Below, in pieces: positions 38,360 through 50,947 of a DNA stretch of 64,000 bases. The stretch lies in assembly GCF_009834535.1 (NCBI RefSeq), contig NC_045696.1, forward strand, positions 90,026,001 to 90,090,000. Direction: 5' to 3'. The notes below the pieces were generated by a model that saw only the letters and a list, made by a program, of their open reading frames with translations, did no database searches and was not told the DNA's origin. The translations under genes and the position numbers were made by a program. This DNA is from Camelus ferus. Taxonomy: Eukaryota. Every line of letters begins with the position of its first letter. Position 1 is the stretch's first letter.

Positions 38360-38360
<1 letters not shown>

Positions 38361-40199
38361 AGCTATAGTAAACACAGACTCTTGAGTCCGTCTCTAGAAA
38401 TCAGTAGAGTAACAGAGAATATGATCTCTTGCTGGAAACAGAGCTTTTAATGGGTAACAAGAACAACTGGTATCTTTTTTGTTGTTGTTAATACAATTAA
38501 AAATTGTCTATGGCACTATGGGCTTTCTTGGCCTTTGAGAAATTTTATTTGCTGTTTTTTAAGTTTGGCTCTTTGAGAGTTGAAGTACAGTTTCCTTAGT
38601 TGAGAGAGAGTATCATTAATGTAGGCTCCGTAGTAAACCAAGAGTTAACTCTATTGAGTTGTGTAAGTGTGTGATCATTTCCTTATAAATGTCCTGCTCT
38701 CCTCAAGTGAGCCCTACAGAAAGGGTGGATTTGCGTATTCAAATTACCACAGTTGGAGAAGGGCTTTGTGGGGGAGCTAATCCCTTCTACCCTACCAAAG
38801 GGAAAAATCATAACAGAAACAGCAGGCATGGAAACGAGTTTCCATCAACCTACTCAGTAAGTGCCAGGTGCAGGATTCATTCCATTGGGCTTCCACTCAG
38901 CTCAAGGCTGCCGTAAGACCAGAGACAGGCAGAAACGCCCATGTCTAAAGACTTCTGGTTGAGCTCAGTGCTTGTCATTGGTAAATTAAGAGCTATTATA
39001 CCCACCTCACAGAGTTACTAGGAGGATTAAATTAGATGCTGTGTTTAAAGTCTATCACAGTCCTGGACCTGAGAGGCACCCAATACGATTGATCCCAAAC
39101 CCTTTCCCACACCAGCCCAACTCCCCCCTATCACCTGGTGGAGACTGCCAAACCATAGCATTTTTCATTATAGGGCTTTCTTACAAATCTGAAGACAAAA
39201 ATAAAAAAAACAATAAAACACAAGGGGTTCATGGCATAATCATTTGATATTTTTGCAACTTCAGATAGTTGCTTCGGTGACTAAGTGGCAGGCATGTGAG
39301 GCATGTGAGGGTAGGCCAAGATGACGGGGATTTACTGCTGAGTTCCATCTTGGGGCGTGAAATTCACCAATAAATTACTGCAGCAGAGTTTCATAGCCTA
39401 ATACATGTATGTAAATCATTGTCTGAGTCTTTTTTTTTTTTTTTTGAAAGACTTGATGTAAGTAACCAAATAGAATACAAAGCATTCTGACAAACAAACC
39501 AAAAAACCTCTCTTTTGCTTTCTTTCCTCATCACCTGTTTTATGTAGGGAAGAAGACACTCCTCTCAACCCCCAAAATTAACACTGAAGAGGCAAAAAAA
39601 CTGCCTTTACATTTAAGTAAGCAAACCCTATTATAAATTTAAGCTTTTGTCTCTTCTAGTCTTACTGCCATCTAAAATTTTTTATTTTATTCTACAGGAT
39701 GAGAAAATATTCATGTATGTAGGGAATGAGTGATTAACAAAATCCATGCAAATCAAGTAATTAATTTTAACCAGATCTTCCGTATCCTCACTGCTGACAG
39801 AAAAGGGGAGCTAGGAAATTTAATCTCAATTTGTCAATATGTACAAGCTCTAAATAAAACAGCAATCACAATGGCAGCTGCTCAGGGTTCCTGGCAGGCA
39901 CTGATATTACACAAGTTCTCATTTCACTAACTTGAATTAGAGATGGATGTCATCTCCATCAATCCAATTTTAACATTCCTTCCTTGCCTATCAAGTTGTT
40001 TTCTAGAAAATTTTTTGGAAAAACCACAGAGGTAACATGCACATTCCCAGTTCACAAATCTATTCTGGAAAGCCATGGTAAGCAGGAGTTGGGGATGACA
40101 GCAAATTCTCGGGAGGCAGAAGCCTGCTTTCCCTGTCACCAGTGCCCAATACCTCAACAGCACCCAGTGAAAGAGTGAATGAATGAAGACAACCTATCT

Positions 40200-40430
40200 T
40201 GATGGTTTGAAAGGTGAGGCCTTGGGTGCTTAAGCCCTCCACTTACTAGGTGCCTGACCTTGGCAACTGGCTTACCCTCTTTCTGTGTCTCAGTTTCCTC
40301 ATCCATAAAATGCAGTATTAACAGTACTTAGCTCATAGGTTGCTATGAGGATGAAATAAGTAAATAAATGTAAAGCACTTAGAACAACATCTGATACATC
40401 GTAAATGCTTAATAAATTATTATTAATATT
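40200..40430 (+). mobile_element. MIR SINE
   Basis: 'tctgtgtctcagtttcctcatccataaaatg...tcataggttgctatgaggatgaaataag...atgtaaagcacttagaaca'. Confidence 0.9.
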
Positions 40431-40859
40431 GCTACCAGTCTTGTTAATATTACTTCTCAGCTAATTAATATTACTATCAGACTTAGGAGCACCATGCTTA
40501 AACAAACTGGACAGAAGGTTCCTTAGCTGGTAGATGGCAATGTTTCAGAAAATAAATTTAGACTTTAAGCATATCAAGCAGTTAGGTACATCAGGTAAGC
40601 AAAGGAGAGTTTTACTTGAGAAAGAAAAGAAAGAAAGAAAGATGCCTGCTGTATGAATTGCAACTCTTAGAAAAATTAGGGGGTGATAATTTGCAATAAA
40701 AGAGAATATTTGACCTCACAAAAGGACTCCCTTCTGGAAAGTCATTCTAAGTAAGAGGATTCTCTTATGCCTATAAAGCAGAACTTGATTTATAAAAATA
40801 CAAACAATGAACAAAAAGCATGCACATTCACTTTTCAGCTACACTATGAGAAGTGGATC

Positions 40860-42515
40860 TCAGGAAAGTCTTTGATAAGCCCAGTTTTTGCCAATCCAGT
40901 GACCAGTGTCCTCATTTTATGAAACTTCTTGGCAGCATAGGGAACAGATGACTGCTAGCTTTTTCAAACACTTTCTTCACTTTCTCTCTCACTCTCATTC
41001 CCCTCCCACCTCATTGGCCACTCTCAGTCTCTTTTGCTGGGCATTCCTCTTCATCCTGACTTCCAAGTGCAGGGGTGACCTGGAGCTAAATTCTCCACCT
41101 TCTTCTCCTCCTCCCTCTCAAGCTCCCCTCACTCCCTGGGGTCAGGTTTTAGGACTATCTATACACAGAAAGCCCTCACATTTATATCTCAAGGACTAAC
41201 CTCTCCTCTGGGCCCTGGGTTGCATCCCTACTTGACAAGGCCCCTGGATTTCCAGCAGATGTCACAAACCAAGCATGCCCAAGACAGAGTTCCTGGCTTT
41301 TGTCTTGAAATCTGTCCCTTCGTCAGGGTCTCCCATCTCAGTCAATGGCTCCATCATTCCCTAAGTCAACCTTCCTTTCTCTCACCTCCCCCACCCCAAC
41401 CACCCCAACCTCTCCTCTTCCTCCAGACTCACGTTCAGTGAACTAGCAAATCTTATTTGTTCTTCTTTGAAATACATTTCAGATCTGATTGCTTCTTACC
41501 ATTCCCATGGATACCATCTTGGGCCTAACAAAGGTCTCCTAACTTATCTGTCTCCTTCTTCTCTATTTGCCCCCATAATCAGCCAAAGAGTCTTTTTAAA
41601 ACAAAAGTGAGATCAAGTAACTCCCTGGCTTAAAACCTTCCAGTGACTTCCTGACACAGTCACAATGTCCTTACTGTGGCCTATAAGGCCCTATGTGATG
41701 TGTCACCTGCCTATCCATCTGCTATAATTTGAATTGTGTCCACCTAAAAATTCATACGTTGAAATTCTAACCTGCAAGGTAATGATATAGGGAAGTGAGG
41801 CCTTTGGGAGGTAATTATGTCATGAGGGTTTGTCCTCATGAAGGGGATTACTGTCTTGTAAAAGAGGCCCAAAGAGCTCTCACCCTTCGGTCCTATAAGC
41901 GCACAAGGAGAAGCTGGCAGTCCACAACACGGAAAAGGGTCCTTGCCAGAGCCTGACCCTGCGGGCACCCTGGTCTTGGCCTTCCAGCCTCCAAAACTGT
42001 GAGCAATAAATTTCTGCTGTTCATAAGCCCCCCCGGCTGTGGTGTTCTGTTACAGCAGCCCGAATGGACTAGGACACCATCCACCTCGCTTCCTCCCCTC
42101 CTGCACCGGTTCTCCAAGCTGCCGCGTCGGGGGCCTCCTCCTGCTTCTTCCTCAAACCACCAGGCTGGTTCCCCAGCCCCGGCCTTCACACTTCCTCCTC
42201 CTTCCCCTGGAATGTTCTTGCTCTGGGTTTTTCTGTGACTGGCTTTTTCTCATTCTCGCCTACTCAAATGTCCTGACCAACTAATCTAAATTATCCACTA
42301 TGGCCACAAGATCACCCTAAAGCCCTTTAACAGCACCTGAAAGGGTATGTTTACTTGTTCTCTGTGTCCCCCATGAGAAATGTAAGCTCCATCGTGACAG
42401 AGATTTTGCACGTTTGCACGTTACATCCACTACTGTCCTCAGCTCCTAAGACAGAGCCCAGAATGTGGTACTGTTCTCAGCTCCTGCTCCACAGAGATGT
42501 CCTGATGAATTAATC
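40860..42515 (+). mobile_element. L2 (ORF2 3' part and 3' UTR) interrupted by MLT1A0
   Basis: Pyrimidine-rich L2 body ('cccatctcagtcaatggctccatcatt', 'gatcaagtaactccctggcttaaaaccttccagtgacttcc') resumes after the LTR and ends 'aatgtaagctccatcgtgacagagatt...gatgaattaat'. Confidence 0.85.
41720..42076 (+). mobile_element. MaLR solo LTR, MLT1A0-like, with perfect 5-bp TSD
   Basis: Starts 'tgctataatttgaattgtgtcc' and ends 'gttacagcagcccgaatggactaggaca'. TSD ccatc at 41715-41719 and 42077-42081. AATAAA near the 3' end. Confidence 0.95.
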
Positions 42516-42839
42516 TACTATCTTACCCTTCAGCCTACAGCTCCAGAAGATGTGGGCTACGTATTAGAAGTTAAGAGATTATTGATCATAGCAAAATCAT
42601 CAATGAGAAAAATCCATTGACTGGTCCCAACAGGCTTTTGAATCTTAAAACACCACCAAACACAGTCAAAGATGTATGTTCGAATCCCATCTCCATGACT
42701 CATCTGCATGTAACTTTAATAAATTCTTCCATCTTTCTGAGCTTCAGCTTCCAATGAAATGGGGATGCTACTACTAACTGTGTCATTGGGAGCAGTAAGA
42801 GCTTCTTGGATTCAGTGGTCATGTCTTGATTTCACTGAT

Positions 42840-43260
42840 GCTCTTGCTCATTCAATCAAGTACAACATTTTAATAGAGCATCTACCACATTCTAGACATT
42901 GGGCTGGTTACCAAGAAGTTAACTATTCCACAGTGAGCAAAGCAGACATGATCCAGACCCTTGAGACTGTACTGGCTAGTAGAGCATTATATAAGTATCC
43001 TCTTGGTTTCAATAAAGGAAGTACTGAGTACTTCCCAAAGGAGTCTAGGCATATTCTGGAGGGGAGATCAGGAATGGCTTCTTGAATTAAATTAGACTTA
43101 AGGAGAAACATAAGAATGTATACTAGTAGGTGTTATCAAGGTGGTAAGCATGGGGACCAAACAGGAGATACAAGCACACTTGAGTGGATGTCCTGAGGAG
43201 GCAAAATGAGTACGGTGATCAGGGATTAAGAAGAAAATAATTTCACAGAACAAGAAGGGG
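42840..43260 (-). mobile_element. L2 3' fragment
   Basis: 'cattcaatcaagtacaacattttaatagagcatctacc...acagtgagcaaagcagacatgatccagaccctt...gagatcaggaatggcttc'. Confidence 0.65.
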
Positions 43261-43629
43261 AACTTGCATGGACTATATTGATAACAGTGTCCAATGAAAT
43301 GAGCAATGGGAATTACTCAATTCTGAATTCTGAATCTCGGGACAAAGGGAAGGAATGAAAGGAGGCATGGAGTGGGAGAAGGTCAGAGACTGGATCACAA
43401 GGAGGCCAAGGAGAGAACACTTACCGCACACCTCGGGAAGCGCAAGTGGTCCTCTGTGCCTTGCTCTCCCTCTGAGGTCACAGGCTACATTTGCTTTATT
43501 CATTTCTAAACTGTCAACTCCCTACCAACCAGTCCCCTGCTGAGGCCTGTAGGCCAAGAAGCATGGAGACGGCATGGAGCCTCTCTCAGCCTCACTAACC
43601 TGGCCTCAAAATGAAAACATACATACGTA

Positions 43630-43920
43630 AAACAAATGAGCATAACAAAACATAAACAGACTCACAGATACAAACTAGTGGTTACCATTGGGGACAGGGG
43701 AGGCGGGAGGAGAGGAAAAGGGCAGGGAATTAAGAGGTACTAACTACTATGTATAAAATAAATAAGCTACAAGGATACATTGTACAGCACAGGGAAATAG
43801 AGCCATTATTTTGTAATAACTTTCAACAGAGTATAATCTATAAAAATATTGAATCATTATGTCACACACATGAAACTAATATATTCTTGTAAATCAACTA
43901 TACTCCAATAATAAAAAATA
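43630..43920 (+). mobile_element. L1 3' UTR fragment (L1MA9/laurasiatherian type)
   Basis: 'aaacagactcacagatacaaactagtggttacca...aataagctacaaggatacattgtacagcacagggaaatagagccattattttgtaataact...aaatcaactatactccaataataaaaaa'. Confidence 0.9.
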
Positions 43921-46729
43921 GAAATCCACGTAGGTGTGTGCAATTTTAATATGCATTAAATTAAATCATTGCAGGGTTTCCTTTTCAAAAATAGGAAACT
44001 AGAACTATGCAGCATTAGTCCTTCTCAGAAAAATCATGTCTATTCCATATTTAAGTTTCAGCAGTTACTAGGAATTTAAAGTGCCCTTGTCTGGTATACA
44101 GAGAAACAAGCACTGCATCCATCCCAGCAAACCAACAACTTAGATGTAAAACACTGCAGACAAGTGAGTGATTAAACGTCAGCTCTCAGGAGATCCCTCA
44201 CAGACTTCTACAAGAAATACCAGCATTAAGGAATTTTAAACTTAGGAAAGGAAAATACAAAACTTGTTTTATAAGTGTTTGATTTCAGAATGGTGAGTTT
44301 GGTTTGGACTTTTTGCCCTAAATTGCCCTATAAAACATATTTGCTCTTTAGTCAAAGAGAATATAGATCCTAGAACACCCTTAAGTCAAGCCATAAGCTA
44401 TTACAACTCCATTTTGTGTTTAATTTACTCACAAAATACCTCCAGGATGGAATATGACACATTTCCAGGAAGCTTTGTAAGTGTCTATCAAATCACATGT
44501 CAGTGCCTAAGAGTGGAAAGCATAAGTCAATTTACCTACAAAAGAAGTAATTCTCCAGGGCTTTAAAATATAAAATGGACACTGTATAGATCTTCTGTAA
44601 ATATGTAAGTATGTACACATTTTACACTGAGAAGACATTTAATAATATTAAACATTAAGTTTATACTATCTTGTATGTCACTTCAGGTGGAATCTTTGTG
44701 AACAAAAGTGGGTATTTTCTCAGTGATCTGAATTACAGATATGCCTGAAACATACCACAAATACATGACAGCCTCACCTCTGGTGTGAAAAATAAATGAA
44801 AAGCCTAGTGCTAGAGGTAACATACCGAGATGCTTGGAAATGTACTTTGATTTGAAACAAAAAACTTTAGAGGAAAGCCTGTGGAAATGGCAAATCATTT
44901 CATGTAGCTTTTACATAAATGAAGCTGGATCCTTTCACGTAGCTTTTACAGGATGATCACACCAGGAATAGAGACCAAACTTTACTGCTATTGGTTCTTT
45001 CTAAAAGAGAGAGAGAGCGAGAGATCCCCTCATTAAAGGCAAAAATGTCAGAAGTCACCAGGATTTTTAACTGCTCCCATACAATGAGGAGAAGAAAGCA
45101 CAGTATCTACACAGACTACAAGACTGAGTACAGCTAATGTTCTCAGCAGAATCAACTCATTAATTATGGCTCTGTTTGCACAAATCCTGTCAAAGCTAAT
45201 TATTTGTTTATTTTTTGATGGTGTTAGAAACTTCAGAACCATTAGTGCCAATAAAGGGTAACGTATTAGAAATGCCACAGGTGAGGATCAGTGGTAACTA
45301 CTTCAGTGCTCAGGAAATTCAGTCTGGCCAACATTTGCCAGTGTGGACACATGTGATCAGTACAGGGCATTTCAATTGGAAAATTACCATCTTTCCCAAT
45401 CAGAGGCAAAACAGAAGTGTAACTCATGAATTAATGATTGTTCTTTCCTGCTATGGATGTTAGCTGCTATTCATTTCTAAGCTTTTAACATATCTGCTCT
45501 TCTTTGCAACTATTTTTTCCTGAAATTTTGAATAGATTTGTCTTTTATCACTCTTCTCCCTAGGTGCTTAGAAGGATAAATACTATTATCAAGGTGTACT
45601 GCAAAAGTGAATACATTTTAATAGGATTATGATAACAGAATCTTTATCCAGTGACTGCAGCAAAGAGAAGAGAAAAGGAGACTTCTGTTTTAAGATTAGA
45701 GTGTACACTTTGAAATGAAAAGAGGATTATCTTATTAGCTTGGCAACTGATGTACAGCACTCAGTCATATTTCTTGTTTGTAAAAAGAACTGTTTCAGGT
45801 GAACATGCTTTTGACTGGCTAGTATGATACTCATCATAGCAAAAGAGCAGGAAAACATAAAAAGACAGCCATTCTGCAGATCTTAAGCCAGCTGTGATAC
45901 TTGTTCCAGAATCTAAAAGGCAATCTAAGAAGCTAAAAACGTGCAGCTGCTATGTGTGAATAGTGCATAAATGAAACTGTAGTGAGAAAGATATTCTCAT
46001 GGAGACTGGGATAGAAATATTTTCACTTGGACTATAAAATAACTTAATGAGTTTAGCCTCTCCTACACTTAAGAATAAAAAATGTTTAACTGAACATGAG
46101 CTAGGGACAAAGGGTATTGACATTAAGGAAGTATTGATCCCAGAAAGACTTGGGGCTATACCTGGTGGAACTAGAAGACAAGAAGAGTCTAGGTCTGGAA
46201 GACATTAAATGGGTTTGAGACCATGGTCCAGGAGAAGTCATCATGGGGGAAAGCTATGGACAATTTCCTGGGAGGTCGCTAGCTCTGTTGACAAAGATGG
46301 AGTAAAAAGTAGTCAGTAACTAGGGAAGGCTGCCATTATAACGAAACACAGTGGCATGGTAGCTGATGCCCACGGAACAGCCTCATTGCCTCATTCCCTA
46401 CAGAATGATCTACCAACATGCATGGAGTGTCTCTGGTATGCACAGCCACATTGTGTTTGATTCCATCTTAGTTTCCCTCTTGAATGATGGTCTCTATATT
46501 CCAAAAAGAGTCAAGTTTTCTCTCAAGCATTCAGGAATATAAACACTATCTATACGCATTTACTTTTACTATTTTAACTAGAAAACTACAAAGACCGAGT
46601 TTTCACTTGATATCATAATTTTGAAATAGTTTTGATAGTCAGTTTGCAAAGTTCTAAGGTATAAGAATATTTTACAGGAAGAATTGTGTAACTGACTGGC
46701 ATGAAACTAGGAACTATCATAATAACTAG

Positions 46730-46965
46730 GGAAAAGAAGATATTCAAAATATGCAACAGCCAGTTTCCTTGCTGTGCCAAGCATTAATTCTTTGGTTGCT
46801 GGATTTTGGGGGTGGGGGTGGTGGAGACAGTTCTGGAGAAGATGATGGGAGAGTGGAGGTGACAGTTCTTGTGGAGCAGTGGTTATTACCAAGTGATGTG
46901 GAAGTATTTCAATATTGTAACAACTGGTCCCACTGCACAGGTGCATACTAGACAAGTACCAGCAC
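46730..46965. mobile_element. Possible hAT-type DNA transposon relic (ORSL-like)
   Basis: 'gatattcaaaatatgcaac' and 'ggaagtatttcaatattgtaacaactggt...gcacaggtgcatact' resemble recalled ORSL terminal motifs. Confidence 0.3.
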
Positions 46966-47544
46966 AATTCTAATGAAGAGGAATGTATGCCAACCAACTG
47001 TTGACAATAAGGAAGATGGCTTTAAAATATCATTCATGATTTGACCCATCCAAGATCAAATCCTATCTCCCAAAACGTAATTCCATGAACTTAAGACCTC
47101 ACAGAGGTATTTTTTGCCTCTTGCAAAATTGTCACAAGAACCTAAAACAAAAAATAACAGTAAGGACCATGCAGGCTTATATGCTAACCCACACCTGCTG
47201 ACTGAGATGCAGGTAGAGGATTCTGAAGGAGACTGATACAAATCCAGGCAGTTGCTTCATCATTGCTGAGAAGGTACAAAGGTGAAAGAAACCAAAATGC
47301 TTATGAAATGGGAGGCAAAGTTCAAACTACCACAGAAGGATTTTAAATAAACTGTTATAACTTTGAAAAATGAGAAACCCCAAATTAATAACCACTAAAC
47401 TAAAAATCTAAGCTGATTGTACCAGATCATAAGTCTGAGAAAATGTAGTTATTTTCAAGTCAAGTTGTAGATATCATGGCACTTCACCCCCAAATGCTTC
47501 ACTGTGTATCTAAGAATAAAGGTATCCCTTACATGACCACTGTA

Positions 47545-47692
47545 CAGTCATCCCTCCATATCTGTGGGGGACCTTGTTCCAGGACCCCAGTGGATTCCAA
47601 AATCTGCTGATGCTCAAGTCCCTTATATGAAATGGAGCACTGAAGGCCCCGCATCTGAGGAGACAGGAGCCGCGGGTGCGGACGGGTGACTG
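47545..47692. mobile_element. TcMar-Tigger MITE (MER2-like, internally deleted)
   Basis: TA|CAGTCATCCCTCCATATC...ttccaggacccc...ccaaaatctgctgatgctcaagtcccttatatgaaatgg...GGGTGACTG|TG. The termini are inverted, with a TA TSD whose right copy has mutated. Confidence 0.8.
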
Positions 47693-48560
47693 TGAAGTAT
47701 CCCAACAGCAACTACAGCAACAAATCACATTAACTCAACAGTACTGTCTTTCATACAGTCCACATTTACATGTGTCCTGTTGTCTCTAATCTGTCTTTCA
47801 CAGTCTTTGCTCAAGGTGGGTGGTAGGGAAGATCATCTAGCAGCCAACCAGGCATGAGGACGCTGTGGTTCTCTTCAGTTTTTTCCAGCTAGAACCGTCC
47901 CACTGCCTTTCGTTTGTCTGTTTTTCACGACACTGACTCTTATAAAGATAGCAGACACCTGTCTTACAAAATGGATTCTGAATTTGTAGGTCTGTTTCAT
48001 TAGGACTACATTCTGAATTAACATTTCTGTAAAAAGTACTGTGTAGGTGATGTTGCATTCCTCGTACGTATGAGGAAGCAGACTGACGCCAGGGGTGATA
48101 CACTGGGTAAGGTGGTGTCCTCTGGGCCACTCCACCACACAGACACATTTTCCCCTTTGTAATAATCTGAGTCATCTGAGGGGTGATACTTTAAGATTAT
48201 AAGAATGTCCTTTACTTCCAAAATGATTTTAGCATCAATTGATGATCTTTGTCTAATTTATTAGAAATTTCAAAACAGTGATTGTTTAACTCCATCATTT
48301 CTTCTGCATTAATTAGTTGACATTCTTCTGTGAAGAATAGTTTTCCTCACCTCTCCTTCCTCCTTTTAGTATCACTGGGGATCCATGGGCTTTAAAATTT
48401 TTTATTTAATGAGTTATAATCCTTTAGTGTTATTATTTTTTTGATGCTCAAATTGTCCCAAATTTTGCCAAAGGGTGCCCCTTCAAGCTGTCTTGTGTGT
48501 GGATGTTGGTATGTGTACATGTGTGTGTTTAATGACTTCTGGAGTTTTTAAGAGCTGCCT

Positions 48561-49878
48561 TTTTTTTCTTCCAGGTGTGCTGTGGTATAATTGACAAATT
48601 TGTATCCTTGGACCAACTTATTCCCATTACTCTCTCCTGCCAAACCCTGGAAACCACTATTCTGCTATCAGTTTCTGAGTTCAACTTTTTTTTTTTTTTG
48701 ATTCCACACATAAGTGATACCATAGAGTATTTGTCTCTCTCTGACTTATTTCACTTCACATAATGCCCTCAAAGTCCTTCCATGTTGTCAAAAATGGCAG
48801 ATTTTCCAGCTCCCTCATGGTTGAGTAATATTCCATTGTGTGTGTGTGTGTGTGTCTGTCTGTCTGTCTGTATATATGTAAATATCTTCTCCCATCTTCT
48901 TTATCCATTCATCTATGGACAATGCTGCAGTAAACATGGGAATACAGATACCTCTTTAAGATCTTCATTTCATTTCCTTTGGATATATACCCAGAAGTGC
49001 ATTTACTGGATCATACGGTAGTCGCATTTTTAATTTTTTGAAGAACTTCTGTAGTCTTTTCCATAGTGGCTATACCAATTTACACTCCCACCAACAGTCC
49101 ACAGGGGTTCCCTGTTCTCTGCCTCCTCGCCAACATTTATTATCTCTTGCCTTTTTGATAACAGCCATCTTGAGAGGTGTGAGGTGATATCTCATTGCAG
49201 ATTTGATTTTCATTTCCCTGGTGATTAATGATGTACAGCACCTTTCCATATACTTATTGGCCATTTGCATGCCTTCTTTGGAAAAAATGTCTATTTAGAT
49301 CCTTTGCCATTTGTAAAACAGGTTATTTGGTTTTCTGCTATTGAGTTGTATGAGTTCCTTATATATTTTGATTATAAACCCCTTATTGGAGATATGGTTT
49401 GCAAATATCTTCTCTGTCTACAGGTTTGTTTTTTTTCATTTTGTTGACTGTTTCCTGCTGTGCAGAATTTATTTAGTTTGATGTTGTCTTACTTGTTTAT
49501 TTTTGCTGTTGCCTTTGTATTTGGTGTCAAGACTGATGTCAAAGAACTTACTTATTATGTTTTCTTCTAGGAGTTTCTGGTTTCAGGTCCTACATTCAAG
49601 ACTAATCCATTTTGAGTTGATTTTCTGTATGGTGTAAGATAGGGGTCCAATTTCATTCTATAACATGTGGATATCCTGTTTTCCCAACACCAATTATTGA
49701 AGAGGCTATTCTTTTCCCATTGTGTTTCCTTAGCACTTGTATTGAAAATTAATTGAACTTATACGCATGGGTTTATTTTAGGGCTCTCTATTTTGTTTCA
49801 CTGATCTATGTATCTGTCTTTATGCCATTACCATACTGTTTTGATTGCTATAGCTCTGCAATGTCACTTGAGATCAAG
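48561..49878 (-). mobile_element. 5'-truncated L1 (L1MA9-like) with 11-bp TSD
   Basis: ORF 49070-49270(-) (MANKYMERCCTSLITREMKIKSAMRYHLTPLKMAVIKK...CWRG...CWWECKLV) is an L1 ORF2 remnant. TSD aagagctgcct (48550-48560) / aagaactgcct (49879-49889). Poly-T at the left end; (TG)n(TCTG)n at ~48836-48870. Confidence 0.92.
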
Positions 49879-50947
49879 AAGAACTGCCTAGATTTCTGGC
49901 ACTATATATTTACCTTGTATTTTCCCTACCCTACATCTGCAATCATCCATTTATGCCAGGAGTGTTCCTTTTAATTAGTGTTACAGTAACAAAACTGATA
50001 AATTGATGAACTATAAAGAGGACATTGCTGAAGTACTCAGAAATGTACTAGCAAAAATTCAAATTAAGGTTTCTAAGTGTCAATATTAATTATTAATATA
50101 ATTTTTAAAGTTCCTCCATTAATGTTTTTCACTATCCTTTAGGAATTTAATTTTTTAGCTATGTTTGTAGGAATTATGATACAAATCAACTAGGAAAATC
50201 AGAATACTCAAGAAAGACAAAAAAACATATTTATTCTTTTCCCCTAAAAGCTAGAGAGGCTTTTATGTTATGCCCACATGAACCCAGACAACTGATCAAT
50301 TTGATCAATTCCTTCCAATCGGCCTATTTAGTAAAAATAACAGATGGAAGCTGGAGACTAAATCAGACAAATGGGCTATGTCAGGCTCAGCTCTGTCTCT
50401 TGGAGGGTTGGGGCCCTGGCTGTCCCAGACCTTGTGAAATGGAAGGTCATTGCAAGCTCTCTTCAGCCCTGGACTCAGCTCCAGAATAATCTCATTTCAC
50501 CCACTTGCACCTTGGCTTTCTGACAGCTGACCTTCACTTCACTCCATTCTCATACTCCCAGATCTTCCATTATGACACACCCACTGCATGCTTCCCACAT
50601 TTCAGAGCTAGCCAAGTCTCCTGATCACTAGTCTTAATTCCCTCCCTTGGTCCTTAAACACTGACTCTGTAAATAGACCCAGTACCAGCTCTACTGATAA
50701 GCTCTGCAGACCACATACTTATAAGAACCAATCCATCCATCCAACAACCTCATGCACGTGGAGTGTCTCCATTTTCCCTTGATTACACATTGCAAGCATG
50801 CATCTGAAAGCTAAGGAACAGGACTAGAATAAAACCCCATTAAAGCTCAAGGTATAGAAACTGGGTAAAAATGGAGTTACTGTTTCTGTTACTTTTGTGA
50901 GTTTTTATTTTCCTGGCAAGACTTGCAATGATCATGTTGCTTATGCC

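Larger units (their letters stand above)
47440..49980 (-). mobile_element. Old L1 3' region (L1MC4/5-like) split by a Tigger MITE and a younger L1
   Basis: 'gttgtagatatcatggcacttcacccccaaatgcttc' and 'gatgctcaaattgtcccaaattttgcca...cccttcaagctg' come before the young L1. 'ttctggcac...cttgtattttccctacccta...aatcatccattt' continues after it. Confidence 0.75.
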
